Made by a program: the position numbers and the translations under genes
Notes under the pieces: generated by a model
Seen by the model: only the letters and a program-made list of their open reading frames with translations
The model's database searches: none
What the model was told of the DNA's origin: nothing
Assembly: GCA_000175855.1 (NCBI GenBank)
Contig: ACYB01000037.1
Span: 30,001 to 62,000, forward strand
DNA from: Raphidiopsis brookii D9
Lineage (GTDB): Bacteria > Cyanobacteriota > Cyanobacteriia > Cyanobacteriales > Nostocaceae
Reading direction: 5' to 3'
Length of the DNA: 32,000 nucleotides
Shown: positions 10,585 through 20,346 of the stretch, one piece after another
Numbering within the stretch: position 1 is the first letter of the stretch
Layout of the letters: the number at the start of each line of letters is the position of its first letter

Positions 10585-10974
10585 TTATACTCCTCCTACC
10601 AAAGCAGAATATTTTTCAGCAGTCATTCCCTGAACCACTTCTTGGGCATTACTTATATGCACTTTAATAAACCAGCCATCTCCATAAGGATCATTTCCTA
10701 TGGATTCTGGAGACTCGATCAAGGACTCGTTTCTTTCTATAACTACTCCTGTGACTGGGGATTTTAATTCTTCCACTGCTTTAACTGATTCGATTGTGCC
10801 AAATGATTCTCCTTGAGAAAGGTCATTACCAACCTCTGTCAGTTCTAAAAATACTATATCTCCCAATTGGTCTATGGCAAAATTAGTAATGCCCACAGTA
10901 GCAATTTCACTGTCTAGTCGTACGTATTCATGAGTATCGAGATAGAGTAAATCTTCGGGATATTTCAGCTCCAT
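10585..10974 (-). CDS. gcvH: glycine cleavage system H protein
   Basis: GDIVFLELTEVG, lipoyl-lysine context ESVKAVEELKSPVTG, NDPYGDGWFIKV. Confidence 0.95.
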   Translation of the reverse strand: MELKYPEDLLYLDTHEYVRLDSEIATVGITNFAIDQLGDIVFLELTEVGNDLSQGESFGTIESVKAVEELKSPVTGVVIERNESLIESPESIGNDPYGDGWFIKVHISNAQEVVQGMTAEKYSALVGGV

Positions 10975-11048
10975 AATTTTCCTTTCTACATTGAATAATG
11001 TTCCACATCAATAATTTCACATAGATTGTGCCCAAGATTTTTCAACCA

Positions 11049-12203
11049 TCATTTGTGGGCACGATTTTGGGATTTATAAAAAGGGCGTTTTACTACCTGG
11101 GCTGGATAGGTCTTACCACGTATATCTACTTCTAGTTGCTGTTTAATATTTGCTAACTCAGCAGATACATAAGCTAGAGCAATAGGATAGTTTAAGGTGG
11201 GAGACAGAGTACCACTAGTAACCTGTCCAATGATTTTCCCAGATGATAGAACGGAGTAGCCATGACGGGGAATATTTCTTCCCTGAGTTTGTAAACCGAC
11301 TAATTTACGCTCCAAACCCTGGATTTTTTGGCGTTCTAAAACGTCTCGACCAATAAAATCACCTTTTCTATCTAAATGGACTAACCATGCTAAACCAGCT
11401 TCTAAAGGTGTGGTATTATCATCAATGTCTTGACCATAAAGTGACATAGCTGCTTCTAACCGCAATGTATCCCTACAACCTAATCCACAAGGGGTGACAC
11501 CCACACCATGGAGACTTTGCCAAAATTCCAGTCCCGGTTCCGAATCTACCATGATTTCAAAGCCATCTTCCCCTGTGTAACCAGTGCGAGCTAAAAAGGC
11601 TCTACCACCCAAAATTGCGGTTTCTAAATGGCCAAAAGCTTTGATAGGTGTTAGATCATCAGCTACAAAAGACTGTAATATACCAGTAGCTTTTGGACCT
11701 TGGAGGGCAATTAATATTTTATCCCTAGACAGGTCTTCAAATTGAATTTGATTCAAGTCCAGATTTTGCGACAACCAATTCCTGTCTTTATCTGTAGTAG
11801 AGGCGTTAACAATAATGACAACTTTTTCATTATCTGTATTTTTTCCACTTTGACAGTAAATAATGATATCATCAATAATACCACCTTGAGGATTTAATAG
11901 CACAGTGTATTGAGATTGACCAGGTTCCAACCTACTTAAATCAGAAGGGACTAGTTTTTCCAGTTCGGCCATGAGGTTTTTACCCTGGAGGGTAAACTTA
12001 CCCATATGGGAAATATCAAACATTCCCGCGCCATTTCTCACAGCCTGGTGTTCCTCAATAATACTGGTGTATTGTAAGGGCATTTCCCAACCACCAAAGT
12101 TGGTAAATCTGGCTTTCATTTCCACACCAGTGTGATATAGAGGGGTTTTTCCCACCGGTGAAGGAACAGAATGATTTACAGAATGACTGTCTGATTTGAT
12201 CAC
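11049..12203 (-). CDS. gcvT: aminomethyltransferase (glycine cleavage T protein)
   Basis: TPLYHTGVEMKARFTNFGGWEMPLQY, MFDISHMGKF, RTGYTGEDGFEI, LEAAMSLYGQDI. Confidence 0.95.
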   Translation of the reverse strand: MIKSDSHSVNHSVPSPVGKTPLYHTGVEMKARFTNFGGWEMPLQYTSIIEEHQAVRNGAGMFDISHMGKFTLQGKNLMAELEKLVPSDLSRLEPGQSQYTVLLNPQGGIIDDIIIYCQSGKNTDNEKVVIIVNASTTDKDRNWLSQNLDLNQIQFEDLSRDKILIALQGPKATGILQSFVADDLTPIKAFGHLETAILGGRAFLARTGYTGEDGFEIMVDSEPGLEFWQSLHGVGVTPCGLGCRDTLRLEAAMSLYGQDIDDNTTPLEAGLAWLVHLDRKGDFIGRDVLERQKIQGLERKLVGLQTQGRNIPRHGYSVLSSGKIIGQVTSGTLSPTLNYPIALAYVSAELANIKQQLEVDIRGKTYPAQVVKRPFYKSQNRAHK

Positions 12204-12276
12204 GAGTTTTGAGTTAAATGACTGTATTTTAGATATTCTAATATTGTAGATTGATAAGATTTATTACTCAAAAATC

Positions 12277-12771
12277 ATGAAGTATTGGCAAATATTTGTC
12301 GGTTTAGTTTTAACCGCAGTGTTCTTTGTATCTAACTTACCCGCACAAGCAGCCAGTTCTTCTAGTATTACCCGGTCTGCAGGGAGTGAGATAGAAATTC
12401 AAGATTATTCGGGAAAAAGTTTAGTAGGTAAGGAGTTCACCAACATTAAATTGGAAAATGCTAACTTTAGTAATGCTGATTTGCGAGGTGTAGTATTTAA
12501 TGGCACATTATTGATTGATGCAAATTTACATGGAGTCAACTTTAGTGACGGAATCTCTTACTTGTCTAATTTTAAGAATTCTAATTTAAGCGATGCCATT
12601 TTTACTAATGCCATGATGTTACGCTCGACATTTAACAATGTGGATGTTACCGGTGCTGACTTTACCAATGCCATTTTAGATGGAGTGGAGGTGAAAAAAC
12701 TGTGTGCTAATGCTAGTGGAGTTAACTCTCAAACTGGAGTTGACACTCGTAAATCCCTAGGTTGTAGATAG
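12277..12771 (+). CDS. secreted/thylakoid-lumen pentapeptide-repeat protein
   Basis: Signal peptide MKYWQIFVGLVLTAVFFVSNLPAQA, then A(N/D)(F/L) pentapeptide repeats (LENANFSNADLRG..LIDANLHGVNFSDG..). Confidence 0.85.
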   Translation: MKYWQIFVGLVLTAVFFVSNLPAQAASSSSITRSAGSEIEIQDYSGKSLVGKEFTNIKLENANFSNADLRGVVFNGTLLIDANLHGVNFSDGISYLSNFKNSNLSDAIFTNAMMLRSTFNNVDVTGADFTNAILDGVEVKKLCANASGVNSQTGVDTRKSLGCR

Positions 12772-12793
12772 GGGAACTTGGGGAAATGGGGAA

Positions 12794-12865
12794 AGCGGGT
12801 GATGGGACTCGAACCCACGACATTCTGCATGGGAAGCAGACATTCTACCACTGAATTACACCCGC
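12794..12865 (-). tRNA. tRNA-Gly, anticodon CCC
   Basis: Reverse complement GCGGGTGTAATTCAGTGGTAGAATGTCTGCTTCCCATGCAGAATGTCGTGGGTTCGAGTCCCATCACCCGCT folds as a cloverleaf: acceptor GCGGGTG/CACCCGC, anticodon stem TCTGC/GCAGA with loop TTCCCAT, T arm GTGGG-TTCGAGT-CCCAT. Confidence 0.95.
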
Positions 12866-12883
12866 ATTAAATCCGGATTTAAT
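12866..12883. repeat. 18-bp perfect palindrome abutting the 5' end of tRNA-Gly
   Basis: ATTAAATCC/GGATTTAAT reads identically on both strands. Confidence 0.8.
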
Positions 12884-12965
12884 CGTAAGGCAAAAATTTG
12901 TTACTGTCAAGGGATTTTTCCAGATCCCCCCTATTTTTTTGTAATTAGAATCAGAAATTAGAACT

Positions 12966-14078
12966 ATGAACTGGTGGCAAAGACTAAAGAATAACAATTT
13001 AGCGCGATTTGGTGCAATAATACTGTTAGTATTTTACATAGGAGTAATTGGTGCCGATTTTATAGCGCCCTATAATCCCTATGATTCTCAACCTCACGGT
13101 TCCCTATTACCACCAACCAAAATTTATTGGAAAACGCCAGATGGTAAATTTATTGGACCACATATTTATCCCACAACTCAGGGGGATACAAATTTAGAAA
13201 CCGGAGAAAGAAAACTAATTGTTGATTTTCAAAAACCATCACCTCTGGGTTTATTTATAGTTGGTCCTGAATATAGATTATTTGAGGTAAAATTACCCCT
13301 ACCTCCCGCATGGGAAGAAGTAAAGATTATTCCTGGTATCACCCTAAATTTACATTTATTTGGTGCTAAAGATCCAGCCAAATTTAATCTATTAGGAACA
13401 GATGAACAGGGTAGAGACCAATTTAGTCGGTTGCTACATGGAGGAAGGATTAGTCTATTTATCGGGATTTTCGGGATTATTATTACCTACCCATTAGGTT
13501 TAATCATTGGTGGTATTTCTGGCTATTTTGGTGGTTGGATTGATATTATTATTATGCGATTAGCAGAAGTTTTGATGACCTTTCCTAGTATTTATTTATT
13601 AGCAGCACTGTCAGGAATTTTAAGTCCTCAATTGACCAGCACACAAAGATTTCTGCTAATAGTATTAATTACTTCAGTGATTAGTTGGGCTGGTTTGGCC
13701 CGGGTAATTCGCGGTCAAGTCTTGTCTATTAAAGAACAGGATTTTGTTCAAGCATCAATAGCTATGGGGGGCAAACCTTTTTACATTATTCTACGTCATG
13801 TATTACCTCAAACTGCCAGTTATGTAATTATTTCAGCTACTTTAGCTATTCCTAGTTTTATAGGTGCAGAAGCAGTATTAAGTCTAATTGGTTTAGGTAT
13901 TCAACAACCTGATCCTTCTTGGGGAAACATGCTTTCTTTAGCCAGTAATGCTTCTATTTTAGTTTTACAACCGTGGTTAGTTCTAGCTCCAGCTATGCTG
14001 ATAATATTGACGGTTTTAGCATTTAATTTGCTTGGTGATGGATTGAGAGATGCTCTTGACCCCCGGAGTATTCGTTAA
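12966..14078 (+). CDS. DppC/OppC-family peptide ABC transporter permease
   Basis: PYDSQPHGSLLPPT; LLGTDEQGRDQFSRLLHGGRISLFIG; EAM-like loop QASIAMGGKPFYIILRHVLP; GLGIQQPDPSWGNML; LLGDGLRDALDPR. Confidence 0.92.
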   Translation: MNWWQRLKNNNLARFGAIILLVFYIGVIGADFIAPYNPYDSQPHGSLLPPTKIYWKTPDGKFIGPHIYPTTQGDTNLETGERKLIVDFQKPSPLGLFIVGPEYRLFEVKLPLPPAWEEVKIIPGITLNLHLFGAKDPAKFNLLGTDEQGRDQFSRLLHGGRISLFIGIFGIIITYPLGLIIGGISGYFGGWIDIIIMRLAEVLMTFPSIYLLAALSGILSPQLTSTQRFLLIVLITSVISWAGLARVIRGQVLSIKEQDFVQASIAMGGKPFYIILRHVLPQTASYVIISATLAIPSFIGAEAVLSLIGLGIQQPDPSWGNMLSLASNASILVLQPWLVLAPAMLIILTVLAFNLLGDGLRDALDPRSIR

Positions 14079-14141
14079 ACCAACCCAAATCTAAGATTTA
14101 GGTGGTTATATTCAAATCAAAATAACCAAACAAGCCCACAC

Positions 14142-15167
14142 CTAATATCTAATTCTTGGATCTATATAAGCATTGAGAATATCAATCACAATACTGGCAC
14201 TAACAACAATTGCCCCGAAAAATACTAACACTCCCTGCACAGTAGTATAATCCCTGTCAGCAATTGCTTGATATAGTCTATTGGCCAATCCAGGCCAAGA
14301 AAAAGTCACCTCTGTTAAAATTGCTCCTCCTAATAAGGAAGCAAATGTTAACCCTAAAACTGTAATTACTGGTATGAGGGCATTTTTTAAGGCGTGGGAT
14401 ACTAAAATTTTGTTTTCTGGTATTCCTCTAGCTCGAGCTGCTTCCACATAGTCAGCTTTGAGAGTTTCTTTTAAGTTGACTCTAACTATTCGCTCAAAAT
14501 GCCACTTAATAAAATTCCTAGGGTTAAACTGGGTAGAGCTAAATGATGCAAGGCCAGGAAAAAATAAATTCAAGTTACCACCCAATAAACTATCAATGGT
14601 ATATAAACCAGTAATGGTTGTGGGAGGACTAATATTGGGGGGAAAACGATTGGAATTAGGAAACCATTGTAACTGGACAGAGAAGACTAATTGTAATAAC
14701 ATCCCCGCCCAGAACATGGGGAGTGCATAGGTGATAATGCCAAATAATCTCCCCCCTAAATCCAAGGGAGTTCCCGGACGGGATGCAGAAAGGGTTCCCA
14801 CTAAAATCCCCACAATGAGAGCTACTAACATGCTACAAACTGCTAGTTCAACCGTTGCAGGAAAATGTTGACTGATGATTTGCCAGACATTTTGACCACG
14901 ACTAGTTAGGGAAGTGCCCAGGTCAAAACGCAGGATGTTCCCCAGGTAGTTGATATACTGTAGCCAAATGGGTAGGTCTAATCCCAATTGTTTTCTCAGT
15001 TCTTCTTTGGCACTTTCTGGAGCCCTACCTCCTAAAATTGCATCTGCTGGATCTCCCGGTGTTGCTCTTAATAAAAGAAAGACAATGGTTAGGATGGTTA
15101 ATAATTGCAGCGGTGCAAATAATAACCGGGAAGCTATGTAATACTGTAGGGCTTTGGACCGAGACAT
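14142..15167 (-). CDS. DppB/OppB-family peptide ABC transporter permease
   Basis: RLLFAPLQLLTILTIVFLLLRATPGDP, QLGLDLPIWLQYINYLG, DYVEAARARGIPENKILVSHALKNALIPVITVLGL, DPRIRY. Confidence 0.93.
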   Translation of the reverse strand: MSRSKALQYYIASRLLFAPLQLLTILTIVFLLLRATPGDPADAILGGRAPESAKEELRKQLGLDLPIWLQYINYLGNILRFDLGTSLTSRGQNVWQIISQHFPATVELAVCSMLVALIVGILVGTLSASRPGTPLDLGGRLFGIITYALPMFWAGMLLQLVFSVQLQWFPNSNRFPPNISPPTTITGLYTIDSLLGGNLNLFFPGLASFSSTQFNPRNFIKWHFERIVRVNLKETLKADYVEAARARGIPENKILVSHALKNALIPVITVLGLTFASLLGGAILTEVTFSWPGLANRLYQAIADRDYTTVQGVLVFFGAIVVSASIVIDILNAYIDPRIRY

Positions 15168-15204
15168 AGGGTAATAATTGTTTTTATTGGGTTTTATTTG
15201 GGTT

Positions 15205-16839
15205 TTATTTTTTGATGTTTTTGTAAATCAGATTCTGAGTAGGATCAAGTTGCACATTATTAACACCTTTTTGGGCAAAGACATAATCTTTGTTTTGCCA
15301 TAGAGGAATATAAGGAACATCTTCTAAAACTAGGTTCTGAATCTGATTAAATATTTTCTTTCTGGCTTCTGGATTCTGCTCCTGACGCTGTTGATCAATC
15401 AATTTATTCATGGTTTGGCTATAATAAAAAGCTCCTTGGGTTTGACTACCACCTTGTTCACAACCTTTGGTTTCTGAACCTTGCTCACATGCCAAAAATG
15501 GTTGTACATAGTTATCGGGATCTAAAAAGTCTGGATACCAATCTAATAGGGCTATCGGATAGGAACCTTTGGAAATTTCTTTGAAGAATGTTGCTCCTTC
15601 TACAGTTTTAATTTCTAGTTGTAATATTCCACCCATTTTGGTGTCAGCTAGGGATTTTAAAGTTTGTGCCACTAAACTACGGGTAGGTGAACTGGAAGGA
15701 TACCAAACTTGAATTTTGGCTGGCTTTTCTACAGAGAATCCCGCAGCAGTTAACAGGTTTTTAGCCCGATCGAATTCTCCATCACCATATTTGTTTTTAA
15801 ATAATGGTTGGGAAACATTAAATGTTGTCGGAATCATGCTATAAAGCGGATCCGCTTGACCATATAACACCCTGTCGTTTAATAAGGAACGATTGACTAA
15901 TGAGGCGATCGCCTTTCGTACTTCTGGTTGATCTAGGGGTTGTTGATTTCTGTTCAGTACCATATAACTAACTACACTACCTTGAGCAGTTATTGCTTGC
16001 CAATTTCCTCCTTTTGCTCCCTCTTCTAAACTGCGAATTTGATCTGGTTGTAATGACAAATAGGCAACGTCAAAAGCCCCTGTTTTAAAGGCATTAAATA
16101 GGTTGACGGGACTGGATTGAATTTGTACGTTAATCCCCTTGTTTGCCGGTTTTTCTCCCCAATATTGGTCAAAAACATCAAATTTTAACGAATCCGCCCC
16201 ATATTCTTGGAGTTTATATGGACCTGTTCCCACAAATATATTAGGTTGGAATTTACCTGCCCCAATTTGATAGGATTTAGGTGATACTGGACACACTCCC
16301 GAAAAGGCTAATAAGGCAGGAAAAGCCGCAAAAGGTTTCTTTAATCTAATTGTTAATTCATATTTCTTAGTTGCTTTTACTGAATCTATAGTATCCGAAA
16401 GTAAAAAGGATGGTTTACCCTTATTCTCTATAAACCGCTGAATACTGAATTCCATAGCCTTAGCGTTAAAGGGAGTACCATCGTGAAAAACTACATCCTT
16501 ACGCAAAAGAATAGTATATGTTAAACCATCCGCACTAACTTTAGGTAAAGAAGTAGCCAGCTGTGGCTGTATTTGAGTGCTACCTGGATTATATGTGTAC
16601 AGGCGATCGCTCATATTAAAGATTAAACCCAGGGATGCTAATTCATAGGCATCAGCGGGGTCAAGAGTTCTTGGTTTGGCAGTAGTGCCTATAGTAATGC
16701 GAGCATCAACGGAAAGATTCTGGGGAGGGGTACTGGAATGCTGAGTTGGACTACAGCTAATGGTCAGTAAGAAGCATAAAGAGAATAGGGATAGAAATTT
16801 AGCTGGTTTCCCCAACCAGCGGAAAAACTTAGTTATGGC
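15205..16839 (-). CDS. family 5 (DppA/OppA-like) extracellular solute-binding lipoprotein
   Basis: Lipobox-like LLTISC; ARITIGTTAKPRTLDPADAY; LSFRK-like KDVVFHDGTPFNAKAMEFSIQR. The track starts at 16929; MAITKFF near 16839 is more plausible. Confidence 0.9.
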   Translation of the reverse strand, partial: AITKFFRWLGKPAKFLSLFSLCFLLTISCSPTQHSSTPPQNLSVDARITIGTTAKPRTLDPADAYELASLGLIFNMSDRLYTYNPGSTQIQPQLATSLPKVSADGLTYTILLRKDVVFHDGTPFNAKAMEFSIQRFIENKGKPSFLLSDTIDSVKATKKYELTIRLKKPFAAFPALLAFSGVCPVSPKSYQIGAGKFQPNIFVGTGPYKLQEYGADSLKFDVFDQYWGEKPANKGINVQIQSSPVNLFNAFKTGAFDVAYLSLQPDQIRSLEEGAKGGNWQAITAQGSVVSYMVLNRNQQPLDQPEVRKAIASLVNRSLLNDRVLYGQADPLYSMIPTTFNVSQPLFKNKYGDGEFDRAKNLLTAAGFSVEKPAKIQVWYPSSSPTRSLVAQTLKSLADTKMGGILQLEIKTVEGATFFKEISKGSYPIALLDWYPDFLDPDNYVQPFLACEQGSETKGCEQGGSQTQGAFYYSQTMNKLIDQQRQEQNPEARKKIFNQIQNLVLEDVPYIPLWQNKDYVFAQKGVNNVQLDPTQNLIYKNIKK

Positions 16840-17020
16840 CATTCGTTTTAACCTTAGCGATAATTTGGCGAACTTACCAAACTTGACCTCCTTCTCCTGG
16901 AATAATAACAAAGACATTTGGATCAACAATCACATTTTCGGGTTATACTTACTAAAACTAAAAAATTCTCATTTTTGCTTGGAGCTGAAATAAGAGAGTT
17001 CTTGAAAGTGATGAGCTGGA

Positions 17021-17141
17021 GGACTTAACTTGTGACGGCAAATCGCCGATAATAAACCTAGCCACAAGGCTATCGAGTAAGTGCGAGGTTTCGACCCGTA
17101 TGCACTCGCCGACTGGAGTCCCCATTTTTCTAAAGCGGGGA
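17021..17141 (+). other. candidate structured RNA element in the psbB 5' leader
   Basis: Nested and adjacent complementary arms: GGACT/AGTCC, CGGC/GCCG, TAGCC/GGCTA, CGA+GTGC+GGT around UUCG with ACC+GCAC+TCG, TCCCC/GGGGA. Identified by eye only. Confidence 0.45.
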
Positions 17142-17265
17142 AATATCAATCAAGACTGGCAATAACAAAAACTCACCCGAGACTTACGGGTGCTAGATTA
17201 TCACCTGATCAGTCTCAGCAAGAAAATTGCTTTGTAAACTAACTTTTTAAGGAGGGGCGTAGTCA

Positions 17266-18795
17266 ATGGGACTACCTTGGTACCGAGTACATACAGTGGT
17301 GCTGAACGATCCAGGCCGACTGATTTCCGTACACTTGATGCACACAGCCTTAGTTGCTGGCTGGGCTGGTTCAATGGCACTCTATGAACTAGCTGTTTAC
17401 GATCCTAGTGATCCTGTTCTTAACCCTATGTGGCGACAAGGGATGTTTGTATTACCCTTCATGGCACGTTTGGGTGTAACTGAATCCTGGGGCGGTTGGA
17501 GCGTAACAGGTGGTACAGCAGTAGATCCTGGCTTCTGGTCATTTGAAGGCGTAGCTGCTGCTCATATAGTTCTCTCTGGTCTATTATTCCTAGCTGCTGT
17601 TTGGCACTGGGTTTATTGGGATTTGGAACTCTTCAGAGATCCTCGCACTGGCGAATCTGCTTTAGATCTGCCAAAAATGTTTGGTATTCATTTGTTCTTA
17701 TCCGGTTTACTTTGTTTTGGCTTTGGTGCTTTCCATCTCACCGGTCTATTTGGTCCGGGAATGTGGGTTTCTGATGCTTATGGTTTAACTGGCAGTATTC
17801 AACCAGTAGCACCTGAATGGGGACCAGCAGGCTTTAACCCCTTTAACCCTGGCGGTGTTGTGGCTCACCACATTGCTGCAGGGGTAGTGGGTATTATTGC
17901 TGGACTATTCCACCTATCGGTTAGACCACCGGAAAGGCTCTACAAAGCTCTACGGATGGGTAATATCGAAACCGTACTTTCCAGCAGTATTGCAGCAGTG
18001 TTCTTTGCCGCTTTCGTAGTAGCAGGAACAATGTGGTATGGAAATGCAACTACACCAATTGAACTATTTGGACCTACCCGCTACCAGTGGGATCAAGGCT
18101 ACTTCCGACAAGAAATTCAACGTCGTGTTCAGTCCAGTGTAGCTGGTGGTGCGACCCTAGTAGAAGCATGGTCACAAATCCCTGAAAAGTTAGCTTTTTA
18201 CGACTATGTGGGTAATAGTCCCGCTAAAGGTGGATTATTCCGCACAGGTCCCATGGTTAAGGGTGATGGCATTGCCCAATCTTGGCAAGGTCATGCAGTG
18301 TTCACAGATTCGGAAGGAAGAGAACTGACCGTTCGTCGTCTACCTAACTTCTTTGAAACCTTCCCTGTGATTTTGACTGATAAGGATGGGGTTGTGCGTG
18401 CTGACATTCCTTTCCGTCGGGCAGAATCCAGATATAGCTTCGAGCAAACAGGTGTAACTGTTAGTTTCTACGGTGGTAATTTGAATGGTCAAACATTCAC
18501 AGACCCTGCTGATGTGAAGAAATATGCTCGGAAAGCTCAAGGTGGGGAAATTTTTGAATTCGACCGTGAAACTTTGGGATCTGATGGTGTGTTCCGCACC
18601 TCTCCTAGAGGTTGGTTTACCTTCGGTCACGCTGTATTTGCTCTCTTATTCTTCTTTGGTCACATCTGGCATGGTGCTAGAACTATCTACCGCGATGTAT
18701 TCGCAGGTGTGGAAGCAGACCTAGAAGAACAAGTAGAGTGGGGTCTGTTCCAAAAATTGGGTGACAAGACTACTCGTGTTCGCAAGGAAGCTTAA
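17266..18795 (+). CDS. psbB: photosystem II CP47 chlorophyll-binding protein
   Basis: [43 protein letters not shown] is a full CP47 signature. Shine-Dalgarno GGAGG lies just upstream. Confidence 0.98.
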   Translation: MGLPWYRVHTVVLNDPGRLISVHLMHTALVAGWAGSMALYELAVYDPSDPVLNPMWRQGMFVLPFMARLGVTESWGGWSVTGGTAVDPGFWSFEGVAAAHIVLSGLLFLAAVWHWVYWDLELFRDPRTGESALDLPKMFGIHLFLSGLLCFGFGAFHLTGLFGPGMWVSDAYGLTGSIQPVAPEWGPAGFNPFNPGGVVAHHIAAGVVGIIAGLFHLSVRPPERLYKALRMGNIETVLSSSIAAVFFAAFVVAGTMWYGNATTPIELFGPTRYQWDQGYFRQEIQRRVQSSVAGGATLVEAWSQIPEKLAFYDYVGNSPAKGGLFRTGPMVKGDGIAQSWQGHAVFTDSEGRELTVRRLPNFFETFPVILTDKDGVVRADIPFRRAESRYSFEQTGVTVSFYGGNLNGQTFTDPADVKKYARKAQGGEIFEFDRETLGSDGVFRTSPRGWFTFGHAVFALLFFFGHIWHGARTIYRDVFAGVEADLEEQVEWGLFQKLGDKTTRVRKEA

Positions 18796-18944
18796 TTAGG
18801 TGCAAGGTAAAAAGTATGGGTCATTGACTTCCTACTTTTTACCACCGTCTCTGTTTAATCTCAATTGGTGACGAAAAGACCAAACCTCCTGGTTTTCACC
18901 GTGTTTGATAGAATCAAAATAGTACCCTGATAGGAAATCCTAAC

Positions 18945-19052
18945 ATGGAAAGCGTTGCATACATTTTAATTTTGACTTTAGCAATAGGCGTTCTATTTTT
19001 CGCGATCGCCTTTCGTGAACCGCCTCGCTTTGAAAGAAAACCCAAAGAGTAA
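18945..19052 (+). CDS. psbT: photosystem II protein T (35 aa; absent from the ORF track)
   Basis: Hand translation: MESVAYILILTLAIGVLFFAIAFREPPRFERKPKE, a canonical PsbT, directly downstream of psbB. Confidence 0.96.
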   Translation: MESVAYILILTLAIGVLFFAIAFREPPRFERKPKE

Positions 19053-19085
19053 TACTGAGGGTAGCAAACTGTAACTAAACTTCTT

Positions 19086-19113
19086 AACTACCCAGATCTA
19101 GATTTGGGTAGTT
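19086..19113 (+). terminator. stem-loop terminator after psbT
   Basis: AACTACCCA (19086-19094) pairs with TGGGTAGTT (19105-19113), then TTG ATTTTC. Confidence 0.6.
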
Positions 19114-19137
19114 TTGATTTTCATTTCCACCAATTTC

Positions 19138-20346
19138 ATGTCAATTAGCAATTTGGACCGAAAAAAAGTCATTGTTGCTGTGGGAGGTGGTATAGCAGCT
19201 TATAAGGTTTGCCAGCTAATTTCCACCTTGTTCCAATCACAAGTGGAACTAAGAGTTATCCTCACCAATTCAGCTCAAAAATTCATTACTCCCCTAACTG
19301 TTTCTACCCTTTCTCGCCATCAGGCTTATACTGATGATGACTTTTGGCAACCAATCTACTCCCGTCCCCTCCATATAGAATTGGGAGAGTGGGCCGATCT
19401 TATGGTTATCGCTCCTTTAACAGCCAATACTATAGCTAAATTAGCTTATGGCATAGCTGATAATTTATTGACAAATACGGTTTTGGCTTCTACCTGTCCC
19501 ATACTTTTAGCACCTGCTATGAATACCGATATGTGGGAACAGATCACAGTACAAAGGAATTGGCAACAAGTATTGACAAATCCTCGGTTTTATGCTATGG
19601 AAACAGCTCATGGACTATTAGCATGCGATCGCACGGGATCTGGGAGAATGGCGGAACCGGAGGAAATAGGGGTTTGGGTGAAATCTTTATTACATACTAA
19701 GGGGAAAAGAGATTTAAGGGGAAAACAAGTTTTGATTAGTGCGGGGGGAACTAGGGAATATTTAGATCCGGTGCGGTTTATTGGCAATCCAGCAACAGGT
19801 AAAATGGGATTAGCTCTTGCACAAGCAGCACTACACAGGGGAGCAGAGGTAACACTAGTCTATTGTCCTTCTAGTTGGGGTGTTCCCCTAGGGGTAAGGG
19901 GTATCCCGGTGATTAGTGCAGCACAAATGCAAGAAGCAATGTTAGAATATTTTCCCAGTGCCAATATAATTATTATGTCCGCAGCGGTTGCAGATGTGAA
20001 ACCAAGGGATTATAGCGCAGAAAAAATCCCTAAGTCCTCCTTACCTGAAAGTCTACCTTTGGCACCAGTACCGGATATAATAGCCCACCTGGGCAAAACC
20101 AAACAACCCCATCAATTACTAATTGGTTTTGCAGCACAAACTGGGGATATTGTCACCCCCGCACAAGAGAAATTACAAAGGAAGAATTTAGACGTTATTG
20201 TGGCCAACCCCATTGATAAATCTGACAGTGGTTTTGGCTGTGATAATAATCAAGCAGTGTTTTTAAAAACAAAAGGAGAGCGGTTAGATATTTCCTCCTG
20301 TTCCAAGTTGCAACTGGCCCATTATTTATTTGATTTTAGTACCTGA
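19138..20346 (+). CDS. coaBC: bifunctional phosphopantothenoylcysteine decarboxylase / phosphopantothenate-cysteine ligase
   Basis: [72 protein letters not shown]. Start taken at ATG 19138 rather than the tracked TTG 19114. Confidence 0.95.
   Translation: MSISNLDRKKVIVAVGGGIAAYKVCQLISTLFQSQVELRVILTNSAQKFITPLTVSTLSRHQAYTDDDFWQPIYSRPLHIELGEWADLMVIAPLTANTIAKLAYGIADNLLTNTVLASTCPILLAPAMNTDMWEQITVQRNWQQVLTNPRFYAMETAHGLLACDRTGSGRMAEPEEIGVWVKSLLHTKGKRDLRGKQVLISAGGTREYLDPVRFIGNPATGKMGLALAQAALHRGAEVTLVYCPSSWGVPLGVRGIPVISAAQMQEAMLEYFPSANIIIMSAAVADVKPRDYSAEKIPKSSLPESLPLAPVPDIIAHLGKTKQPHQLLIGFAAQTGDIVTPAQEKLQRKNLDVIVANPIDKSDSGFGCDNNQAVFLKTKGERLDISSCSKLQLAHYLFDFST

Noticed and set aside
10537-10767. 76-aa plus-strand ORF overlapping gcvH
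   Set aside because: Mostly antisense to gcvH, low complexity and no similarity recognised.
17081-17140. GGTTTCGACCC resembling a tRNA T-arm, and GTGCG resembling a group II intron 5' end
   Set aside because: No acceptor or anticodon stems at proper spacing, and no domain V/VI or reverse transcriptase nearby.
16958-17149. 63-aa minus-strand ORF in the psbB leader
   Set aside because: No recognisable domain and it overlaps the strongly self-complementary region. More likely a by-product of a structured RNA or repeat.
18340-18724. Overlapping ORFs antisense and in other frames within psbB (96 aa minus, 66 aa plus)
   Set aside because: Fully contained in the unmistakable CP47 gene, with no domain-like features.
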